Assembly (NCBI GenBank): GCA_013239625.1
Contig: MU053365.1
Coordinates: forward strand, 969,566-1,033,565
DNA from: Lama guanicoe
Taxonomy: Eukaryota
Direction: 5' to 3'
Length of the DNA: 64,000 nt
The notes beneath the pieces are model-generated. The model was given only the letters and a program-made list of their open reading frames with translations, did not search any database and was not told the DNA's origin. Position numbers and translations under genes: made by a program. This document shows, piece after piece, positions 37,444 to 47,965 of this stretch; the stretch's first letter is position 1; each line of letters opens with the position of its first letter.

Positions 37444-38045
37444 AGCTTACAGGTGTGTGCACTGCATTGGGCTCAGCTACCTAACACGCGCGTCTTCAGT
37501 GAAGGATAGTGCCTTCTCCTTGGCGACCGCAGACAAGCTCTTGGTGTTTGGGGGGCTTGCTTACAGAAGCCGAAGTCCCAGTCTGGGCTGCAGATTTTCT
37601 GTTTCTGGACCTGCACAGGCAAATGTTCAACTGAGCTTCCCGAACAAGGACTGTAAAGTACACCAATCAAATCTGTGTCCTGAAAAGCCATTTTGCCCCA
37701 AACAGAACCCAATGTCTGCACAGATAAATACCTCTGCTAATTTGCCATTGGGTCATTTCCTTGCTGTGTCACCCAGTTTCTCTGTAAGGCATGTAGACGT
37801 GGCTTTTACTCCAGAATTAGGCACAAGCCTCTGAAAACCTGGCTCAGAAAGAAAAAAGGACCCAGAAACTGGTGGGAGACTGGCTGAGGGAATCTTTCTC
37901 CAGATAAAACACCCGCAGATAGGCTCCACTGGGTTTCTCCGTGGGAAGTCTGGGCCCCACTACCTCGGATTAAATACTGCACCCGAAGCTAGAACTTCCG
38001 TTAAACTTGTCTTGAGCCACTGGTATCATTTTTTTAATTCCTGTT

Positions 38046-38049
<4 letters not shown>

Positions 38050-38077
<28 letters not shown>
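38050..38077. repeat. (GT)14 microsatellite
   Basis: Direct reading of the sequence. Confidence 0.95.
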
Positions 38078-38081
<4 letters not shown>

Positions 38082-38634
38082 CATAAGCAACAGGTCTTAA
38101 CACATCTAGTGTGAAGCCTATTGTTTAGAACTGGCTCGTCTTCACTTTCCACAACAGTAGGGAATTTTTCCAGGTATGTGGGAGGCAGGCTGCTTGGAGC
38201 CAATATAATGCTTGTTCCTGGCATGATCTCCTTCATTAAATAATCTTTTAATGCAACATTAATAGTAATTACAAGATTACAGTTCAAAATATTTGATAAC
38301 AGCCCACTATGGAGCTGAAATATTACTGTTCTTGTCTCTAAAGAAGTCAGTGGGAAGCAGGCCGCCTGCACAGAGCCACCAATACGGTACCCGATGCAGA
38401 GAGATGCAGAGCCTTGCTACCCCTCCTCAAAATACAGGCTGCTTCAGCTCTAGGAAGTATAATATATGGTTGGGGCAACAGCCAAGCCAGCATAGCTATT
38501 TTCACACACGCACGCACGCGCGCGTGCGTAATTCTTTCTTTCTCCTTTTCCTATCATGCCCACTCTCCGTAACTTAAACCTGTTCATGTGAAAATAAATC
38601 AATCCGTAGTAGTTTTAAATTTATTAGAGGAAGC

Positions 38635-38930
38635 TCTTTCTTACCATCACACTGTCTCAACAGGACCATTTTCTCTTTCCTGGAACACTTTTTTTAATCT
38701 AAAATGATTTTATTTTTTTCAATTTTATTTTTATTGAAGTCTAGTTGATTTACGTTAGTTTCAGGTGTACAGTGAAGTGAGCAATTCAGTTATACATATA
38801 CATATGTATATGTTTTCTTTTCAGATTCTTTTCCATCCTATGTTACTACAAGAAATTGAATATAGTTCTTTCTATATGGTAAGGTCTTTCTTACCATCAC
38901 ACTGTCTCAACAGGACCATTTTCTCTTTCC
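38635..38930. repeat. 46-bp perfect direct repeat (38635-38680 = 38885-38930)
   Basis: TCTTTCTTACCATCACACTGTCTCAACAGGACCATTTTCTCTTTCC occurs twice, with starts 250 bp apart. Confidence 0.95.
38690..38884 (-). mobile_element. 5'-truncated artiodactyl-type L1 3' end
   Basis: Poly-T-rich tail, then 'attgaagtctagttgatttac..gttagtttcaggtgtacag...ttcagttatacatatacat...tcagattcttttccat...tacaagaaattgaatatagttc'. Confidence 0.85.
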
Positions 38931-40151
38931 AGGCACTGTTTTTGAGGAAATTAACATAACTCAGGGCAGATCTATTGTGCCCCAGCCCTTCTTTCTTAGA
39001 AAAATCGAAGTAGCAGTTGACTGTTTAATTTTGCCAAAAATGAACTGGAAGGGGGAGGAACCTCACAACAGTACGTGGTGCGTGATTTATCCATCCCCTT
39101 GCTCTGTTGTACTTAAGGTCCTGGGCTGCACCTGTGCCTGGCCACCCCGTACAGTTGCCAGTGCTGGTGTGGCCACTGCCAAGACCTCATTCTCTACGAT
39201 GGAATCCATCGACCTCATTTTCATGTCCCATTTCTGGAAGGGCAATACGTCCTTTTGTTTCCTTCTGACAAATGTTTGCCCAGGGACATTTTCTTAGTCC
39301 AGGGTTCACTGGAGTCTTGGATCATCACTTTAGGACTCTGGAGATGAATCTTTGCTCAGGTATCAAATGGATGGGAACTCTGTGGTCTTGCCCACACTAA
39401 GCAAGGCATCAGGGAGGCACAGAATCTGGCACTCAGCAAGGGTGCAACTCTGCTGAAAAGTGACAGGAATGTTGCTATTCAGGGATGATTGACTCCGGCA
39501 GAGCTGGGTAGGAAACCAAACACTGTGTCAACCTTCATTTTGCCAGAATCTTAACAAATCTCCTACAGTGCCTACCTTTCTGGAGAGATCCAAGTCCACT
39601 GAGGGACACTCAAGTGAACAGTCTCGTGAACTCTGCACTCTGAACTCTATGCCGGTTTCACTGTCAGAGGGCAAAGTCTTCATTTCACACTGTCAACACA
39701 AGCCACATGGCTGCTGAAGGACGCCTGAACCCTGTCACTGGGTCTTGTTTCCCAGATGTATCGCCATGAACAAATCTGAACTCCATCCAAGTGTAATTAA
39801 TCAACTGGGCCATTTTAATGCTCTCTCCATATCTTAAGTTTTCTTACAAATGAAGATACAGTTTCCCAAATGAGGGCTAATTATGCTGAGCAGTCCAAAC
39901 CTCGCAAACAAAAGCCATCAATACTGGGCTTTATTCATTTTATTGAACTGTGTTCAAAGAAACAGGATGTTTATGGGGCTCTTTAAAACCTATTTCATTC
40001 TCCTTGATGTTCACAGGTTGATCCCTATTTAACATCAGGTTACAGTAAAGAGGTATCCTAGACATGAACACTCTGGATCCAAGGACTGCAACCACCTAAA
40101 TGACTCCAGATATAAATTCCAAGATAACCTTAATACTGTGGCTGAAGTATT

Positions 40152-40197
<46 letters not shown>
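40152..40197. repeat. Interrupted (TG)n microsatellite
   Basis: Direct reading of the sequence. Confidence 0.95.
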
Positions 40198-40198
<1 letters not shown>

Positions 40199-40452
40199 CT
40201 AATTTACTCCCACTAGACTCAGACGTACAAAAAGGTACCTTATTTCTCTGTAGTTTATCAAAGCTTCCCCATGATCCTAACCACCCCACACTCCTGGATA
40301 TTATAACAAATTTCTTGCAGTTGAGTAAACTCGGTACCATCCAGTCCCTTCCGTCGTTAATGTTCTCTTTTTAACTCAGTCTCTCTTGGGTCTTCCAGGT
40401 TCTCTTTTCCTCTCCTTCTCTTCAAGATGGTGTGTAAGGGGGCTGAGGGTTA

Positions 40453-40950
40453 TGCATATTTGTTTTCTATACTGTATAACAAAACGCCACAACCTTAGTG
40501 GCTTAAAACAACACATATTTGTTATTTCACTGTTTCAGTGGGTCAGAGGTCTGGGCCCAGCTTAACTGGGCCCTTGGCTCAGCATCTCATGAGACTACAT
40601 TAAGGTGTTCCTTAAGGCTACAACTAAGGTATCTCATCTGGAGGCTTGACTAGGGAAGGATCCACTTCCAAGATCATTAAGGCTGTTGGCAGAATTCATG
40701 TCTCTGTGGCAGTACAGTTGATAATGGTCTGCAAGACAAAGTCTTATATAATGTAGCATAATCACAGGAGTGACATCACTTCATCTTCGACATATAACAT
40801 TATCATGGGGGTGGCATCCCATCACCTATTCTCCTATTGGCTAGAAGCAAGTCACAGGTCCCATCCACTCAGGTGGAGGGGATTGCACAAGGTAACGTGA
40901 ACACCAGCAGCTGCAGATCACGAGGGACCATCTTAGAGTCTTTCTGCCAT
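40453..40950 (-). mobile_element. MLT1E-type MaLR solo LTR
   Basis: 'ccacaaccttagtggcttaaaacaacacatatttgttatttcac', 'ggaaggatccacttccaag', 'ctattggctagaagcaagtcacaggtcc'. Confidence 0.85.
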
Positions 40951-41855
40951 TCTCATGGTAGCAGTAGCAAAGAAAGAGTCCATGGGTCCATACAGTGACC
41001 CCTAGATCCTAGCTGGTGTCTATACTAGGGTACTCTGTTCTGCAATGTGGACTGCTGATGTCTACTAAGGTACAGTGGGTTCCACAGTCATTTTCCTTCA
41101 GACTTGAGTCCTCGTTCACAGAGTCAATTCTGTTCTAACTCCAGGCATTCTCAGCACATCCTTACTCCCTGACTCAGGCATCTGAATCCTCCACCTTTCT
41201 CAGTCCATGGGGATCCTTGTCCAGCTGCCTTCCTTTGTCAGTGACTCACTGTTAATCCTGCTGCAGGCTGGGCGTGGCCCAGTATGGGGCTTCCACAAGA
41301 GCTCTGAGGACTCCCGAAGCTATGACAAGAATACCTTGTCCCTTTGCCTCCTGATGTTTTCAGGCTTCTTCAGACCAACCTGGAAACTTCTAAATAACCT
41401 CTTTACTCTAAACTGCATCCCAAAAGAGAGGGAAAACAAAGGCCCCAGCATCCGAACTCCTTCCTCTCCCTCCTGCTCCTTCTTCTTTCCCCTACCAGCA
41501 GGACCAGAAGGAGCAGGGTTTCTACTCCTTTCCTCATATCCTGAGTTCTATTTTAAGAATACAGTAAACATCCATGATCTAGTCAGCTGTGCCCAGTTTG
41601 TCATATGTTAAATGAGAGCTAAAGGGATTTAGGAAATCATTTTCTCTCTCCACAGAGCAGAGCTTTCAAAACAATCGTCTTTCTATGGCCTCAAAATAAT
41701 CGATTTTGAGACTTAAAGCTGATCAACAACCTCTTTGTTTTAGGCAGGTTTTGCCCTCTCCTTCCTTGGGGCAATAAACCTCATGACTCAGTCTTGGAAG
41801 AAGAAGTTTGAAAGAGGAATGATTTAAGGGAAAAATAAAAATGTACTCACAGAAA

Positions 41856-41857
<2 letters not shown>

Positions 41858-41888
<31 letters not shown>
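41858..41888. repeat. (CA)15 microsatellite
   Basis: Direct reading of the sequence. Confidence 0.95.
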
Positions 41889-41890
<2 letters not shown>

Positions 41891-43029
41891 TCCAAAAGGT
41901 TAAATAGATAAATGTGCTTGGTAGAATACTTTCTCCAAAACTGATTTCAAAATGAAATGGTAGGTTCCCATTTTGTTGAAATAACTCTAGAACAGAGCTC
42001 ATCCAACTAGTGGTTACAGTTCCCCTGTGTGGATGGACCCCTTCAGTCCTCACGGTGGTTGGGTGAGATCGGGGCCAGCCCGAGCCCCTGGGCCTGTCTT
42101 TTCCAGTCACGTATAGCCTCTTCTGGTGACCCAAGGAGGCTGGACAGACCTCCTCACAGTCCAGTTGCTCCATGGCATGAAAAACCTCAGGAAGCACAGC
42201 TCTAGAGTGCCACTGCTGGGACAGAACTAAACGACAGCGGGATATTAACCCTGGTAACATCCATCTGTTCTTTTACAATTTATTGTGTGAGAATAGGGTT
42301 TAATCATATCTAACCCCCTTCTAGGTTTGCTCTGCAGTCGTTAGGCATAGGCTGCACTCTGCCATTTGCACTCTGTCTTGGTTTACTTAGTTGGTGATCA
42401 GTGAGTGGCAGTAAGAGTGTGTGGAAACTATTTTTCCTTCGTACAAAGCCAAGTGGACCACATTGATAACATCACCCAAGACACTGGCCTCATCACTAGT
42501 GGGTTCTTACCACATTAATTTGTTCCAATAAGCAGACTTGAAGATCCAGGCTGTCTAGAATGGGCTGGGAACGGTGCCACTGGGGGTCGTGGGCTGGCAC
42601 TAGTGATGTCTCGTTGCCTTCCATGGGAACCTCTTCTCTCTTCTACCTCTACTGTCAACCCTTTTGCTCTAGTTTTTCTGTCTCCTTTTTCCTGTCTCCT
42701 TGACTATTTCCAGCCTTAATACGGGGCTGCTGAGTCCCAGGCTAGCCAAGGGCCTACAGGGAAGTAGTCCTGTTATCTCGGCAGCCGCAGGGAGCACTTC
42801 CGTAGCACCAGGACAATGACTCTCAGCTGTGACACTAGAGCCCTGTAAGCCTAGTTTTTGACAGAACGCAGTCCACACTGGAAGCACTCCCACGTGTGCA
42901 TTTTCAGTCCGGAGCCAGGATGTGCAGCAAAAGGCAGCATTTAAGGGGAAATCCAGTGATTGACTCTGTGTGCACAACCATGCATGAAAAATTAAAACAT
43001 TAGCAACTCCTCCCCCCAACACCCATATG

Positions 43030-43031
<2 letters not shown>

Positions 43032-43071
<40 letters not shown>
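43032..43071. repeat. Interrupted (CA)n microsatellite
   Basis: Direct reading of the sequence. Confidence 0.95.
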
Positions 43072-45477
43072 TGTTAGGATTTGGGGCAGAAACATGAAGT
43101 AGCTGTGCTCATTTTTAAGCAAGTTATACCAAAAAGGGTACAAATGGTCTGCAGCGTGGGGAGTCCCACAACTGGACTCATTTCTGATATCTCTACCCTC
43201 TTCCCCCTGTTCGTAAGTGCACGGCACTTAATGCTATCTAGAAATCACTTCATAATCTGACACTCCCTAAATATAATGAAAAACAAGAGAGAGCTTTGAT
43301 GAAAGGAAAAAAAAATCCAAATCAAAGAAATCCAGCTGCCCGGATCCCAGGGAGCTTATAATGATAGTCATTCCTACAGGAAGAGATAGGGAAATTCAAA
43401 AAAAAAAAGAGATCATTTATTTGGTATATACATACCATTGAGGATGAGGAATTCTTTCTGCATGAAAACCCAGCAAGTGGCACCTCATTAAACAGGACCT
43501 AGGCTTAATCTAACTTGGAATAGATAAAAAAAGAAAGGACTCACATGAAGCTCTCCAGCCTGGGGGCTTAATCTCAGAGCTTCAGAGTATAATGAATGAA
43601 TTAAGTAGGACAAGTGATTAACAACAAAGAAGTGATCACTTATTATTTTTTAAGCTGAAATATTATTGAGTTTAGAGTAACATATTCATTGTTTACAGAC
43701 AGGGTCAGGCTGTGATTTTTTTTGAGAGAGAAAAAAGGAGAGAGAGGATTGTGAATGGAAGCTGACTCTAAAAAGATAACATGAGCAATTTCCAATCTTT
43801 CAGAGTACAGCACCTTATCTTGTTGTTATTTTATTTCATGCCCTACTTATCTCCACTCTCAAAAAATGTCGTGTGGTTATTTAAGAAACACAGCCATTGA
43901 AAACTAGTTCTGTAGCATGAAAATAGTACCAAAAAAAAAAAAGTCACAATGTTCCACGAGTTAATTGGAGACACTTGGGGATATCAGGCACTGAAAGACG
44001 GAAATGTCTCTGCGAATACTGAGATAGAGCCATGGCATTGAGAGAGCAGCTATGGGAGGCATCTTTAAAAGTAAAAATAAAGACAGCAACCCAATGAAGT
44101 TTATTTTGACAAATGTAGGAGGCCAATCATTGCAACAGGAGAAAAAGATCACTCAATTTATACATCAAACTTCAGTTGTTTGCACATCAAATAATTAGTT
44201 AACTTATTTTTTCACCATTCTTACTGGTCTTATTTATAACAAAAAGCACATATCTAATAGTCAAATCTTATCTGTTCTCATTTATTCATCATTGCAGTCC
44301 CAATAATTGGTTACTTAATACATTTTTGTTGACTACATGGTTGGGTAGATAGAAGAGTGAGTAAATGAAGGAAGGAAAGACTATGACTTCCACAGGCGAA
44401 ATCTCCAAGTGGTAGTTTTGCTGAGGTGAGTCACAACAATTTCAGTATGTCTTACATTTTCCCACTAAAGGGCCCTGGATGCAGAAGGGCCTAACTGTAT
44501 TTTCCTATGACTACAATGGCAACAGGCATGAACTGTTTCGAAGTATCATCTTTGGACTTACATTTCCACACACATTTTGCTTTCATCTACTTAACAAATA
44601 TTGAGAGTCTCGTATGTGGATGGATTCAAAATACGTGTATGTTTGAGCGTTATTCTTTCTACAGACTGAGGCTTTAAAATTGTCAATTTCTCTTTTCCTG
44701 ACATATGATTTACATATGTTCATGTTGTGAGCTCTCTCACTCTTTGCAGAATGAAGGGTTTTCAATTTAAGTGTTTAAATAAAAGTTTTATAAGTAATTA
44801 TTGATTAAATGCACATTCTATTTCTGTCAGTGAAAGCCAGGAGTGGACCACGTACACAGATTGTAGCATCAAGTGTGGAACAAGAAAATGTCTGACAGAG
44901 AATCCTATTCATTGACTCGATATGCACAAATTCAGGGCAGTTCCTTACACGGAGGTGACTGACAGTACCAGGCAATAGTCTTCTTGACCAATATCTCTCC
45001 TAGGATTCTGAATCAAAAATCAAAATGTTCAAGAGGAGAGGGGCCCTAAACTCCAGAAGGAAAGAAAGAAAGAGTCCTTATTGTGCTGGGGCCCCCACAG
45101 GTGGCGAGGGCTTTGCATACTTTGGCAGTTATTCTGCAACTAGCCTAGTATCTAGTCACCCCAAACTGAGAGCCTGTCCCACAGAGCCTGTCTCATCTGC
45201 TGAGTCAGATGACAAATTCTTCCAGAGAAGTGTCCCTACTTTCTGCTATCTCCATAGGGCTCCTAATCCTGTGTTCTGACTCGGTCTTGACTCAACAAGT
45301 CCTACTGTCTATTGCAAAACAAGAGAAAAAATGCAGGAAGCAATTTGAAGAACTGCATCCCTGAGGGAGATGGGAAAAGCATGATCTATTCTTCTGTACT
45401 TTCTATTCCAGGTAATTCAAGTCAGCAAATATTTATCACCTCCTCACTATATGCCAAGCTGTTCAAGGCATTACAGA

Positions 45478-45640
45478 GCGCTTCTCAAGCTTTAACGTAC
45501 AGAAGAGTCCCCTACAGATTCCTTAATTGCAGATTCTGATTCAGCAGTTCTCGGGTGGGATCTGGGATTTCACGTCCCTCAGGAGCACCCAGGTGACAGT
45601 CAATGCTGCTGGTCTTGTACCACACTTAAAAGTAGCAAGA
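45478..45640. mobile_element. MER5A1-like MITE
   Basis: 'gcttctcaagctttaa...tgcagattctgattcagcag...caggtgacagtcaatgctgctggtc..accacactt...gtagcaag'. Confidence 0.75.
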
Positions 45641-46244
45641 CTATAGGATACGAAAAGATAAATACAAAGCATGTATAACTGAGTTGGATAGGGTGGGAGA
45701 GGATTAAGCATGAAGACATATAATATGAAGTAGGTCATGTTGGGCACCCTATGGCTAGCTCAAAGATTTTGGGGCAATCAGCTGGGAGATGGGAAAATTG
45801 TGATATGGAGTGAAATGAATGAGTGAATGAGAGAGTAAGTAAATGAGTGTGTGTGTATCTGCCTGTGTGTTGGGGAGTGAGGTAAGCAAGTACCATCATG
45901 GGAGGTATATGAGACAACCTTGAAGGATGGATGGAATTTCAGCAGGTGAACACGTGAGAATAAAAGCATCAGCCAGGATAAGAATATGAGCAAATATATG
46001 AAGGCAAGAGAATAGTGGGTGTGTTTAAAGAAGAGCCACTAGTCCTGTATGGCTGGTGCAGAGAAGTAACAGGAAATAGAGCAGGACAGGTATCTAGGAC
46101 CAGGTGGTAAAATGCTTTGAAGGCCATGATGAGTGGTCTGTACTTATTTTGATAGATCATAGGGAGCCCTTCAAGGTTATATTGCAGAGGAGTGATATCA
46201 TGAGACCCCTTGTTTAGGAAAATTTGACAATGGCTATAGAATTA

Positions 46245-46602
46245 GAGCTGTGGTCCCTGGGCCCAGCATCATCATCCTCACACGAGAGCTTGTTAGAACT
46301 GCAAGCCTGCGGCAGACTCGCTGAACTAGAAAATCTGGGGGTGGAGCTCAGCAGTCTGGTGGAATAAGCCCTCCAGGGGATTCTGATGTGCTCTAAACTG
46401 TGAGAACCATGAGGCTAGAGCAACAGATCACAATCATGTCTGCATGTTAGAATCACCTAGGGAGCTTTCAGAAAAACCCTGACACACAAAGCCCCTCCCC
46501 TCCACCGTATCCTTTAAATCAGAAATCTGGGGGTGAGATCTGGGTATTAGTTTTTAAAGCATCACAGGTGATTCTAATGGAAAACCAGGGCTGAGAACTA
46601 CC
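46245..46602. mobile_element. Adjacent MER5A- and MER5B-like MITEs
   Basis: 'gtggtccctgggcccagcatc...aagccctccaggggattctgatg...tgagaacca' then 'ctgcatgttagaatcacctagggagcttt...caggtgattctaatg...ccagggctgagaactac'. Confidence 0.75.
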
Positions 46603-46944
46603 GAAGTGAAGCAGCAGCTTTGGTGAGGATGGAGCTGGGGGTGGGAGACTGGGCAGAGAGTGTTGCAAAAAGTTCGTCACGGGATGACAAGGTCCTTAAC
46701 CAGGGCTGTTTCAAGGGATGGAAAATATTGGCTCTGAAATATGTTGGAGAAGAAGGTCTGTTGTATAGGATTGGGCAACCACTTGTGTATAAAGCAAGAG
46801 AGAAATTCAAAGACTGATTTCAAAGCTTCAAGGAAAAGAGAGGGTTGGTGTCAAAGAATACTGCCTGCTACAGAGACATGTAAAAAGAACAGCAGAAAAA
46901 ACACCATGGAATTCAGGCATTTGGGGGTCATTAATAATCCTATT

Positions 46945-47100
46945 GTGATATAATGGCAATCTTTTCACTTAACTTTTTTTCTGTTTTGGAAAATACAGTT
47001 ATTTTTCATAGAAAGTCTTACTTATGTTCACATGTTATGTGTTTATTATTGTTACTTTAAAATATTAATAAACACTTTTATTAAATATAAAAGAAAAAAT
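46945..47100 (+). mobile_element. Possible L1MC4-type 3' UTR fragment
   Basis: 'ttttggaaaatacagttatttttcata...tatgttcacatgttatgtgtttattattgtt'. Confidence 0.45.
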
Positions 47101-47965
47101 AATTCTCAAGGTAGCATTTTAGAGTTTGGGCTTTTGAGCACTAGCTGTCCTGAACTCCTTGCTATGTGCCCTGTAATAAACACTATACTTTCTCTCACCA
47201 CCAGAAAAAAAAAAAGCAGTTTAGTGACAAGATGCAGCTGAACCAGCAGCGGGGAATTATAAGCAGAGAGGGCAGACCTCTCTTGCTGTGAGCTTGTTAC
47301 TTTCTGGGGATGCCTTTTCTGACCCCCCCCCCGCATAGATCGCATGACTCTATTACATCCCTTCCAAGCACCCTGTACATCTCCTTTGTTTAACTGCTCA
47401 CCACAAGCCCCATGAGAGTAAGGCTCATGTTTCACCTTTTCTTACTGTTGTATCATAACCCCTAGAAGAAGTTTACCTGCTGCACAGTAGGTATTCATTA
47501 GATGTTTGCCTCTTAAGTTAATATACATCTGACCATTCTTAACCCATGAAGTGAGCTGCAGTAGAAAGATTCTAGATCTCAGAGTCAGACAAACCTGAGT
47601 TCCAATTCTGGAAGGGACCTTAACTTCTTATTTGACACCATCTAAAACCCAGCATAGCTCCTGGGACATAACAAATTTATAATAATAAGATTTATTGATT
47701 AATTAGTTAAATAAATGAGAGCTAATAGTAGGTTGAGAGGTACCATGGCTGTGGGAAGATTATCTTGGGAGGGAGGAGACCCAATGATATTTGAATACAG
47801 AAGGGAAGAAAGGTTGAAGATGAAATAGACTTGTAAGAGACATAATAAAACCAGGCTTCAGAGGAGGTGAGGTGGACAGAGACAAGATCGAGAACACAAG
47901 AAGAGGTGTTAACTTGCAAGAAAAAAGGCGCTATAATTGAAGAGTTGGAAATTAAGAGAAAGGTA

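Larger units (their letters stand above)
45415..46900 (-). mobile_element. L2 interrupted by three MER5-family MITEs
   Basis: L2 3' end 'cagcaaatatttatcacctcctcactatatgccaag' and body 'atagggagcccttcaaggttatattgcagaggagtgatatcatgaga'. Confidence 0.65.

Noticed and set aside
43944..44085. Minus-strand acceptor-like 'tttatttttacttttaaag' followed by a 39-codon open frame
   Set aside because: Weak AAG acceptor, no convincing donor, unrecognised peptide ending in a stop
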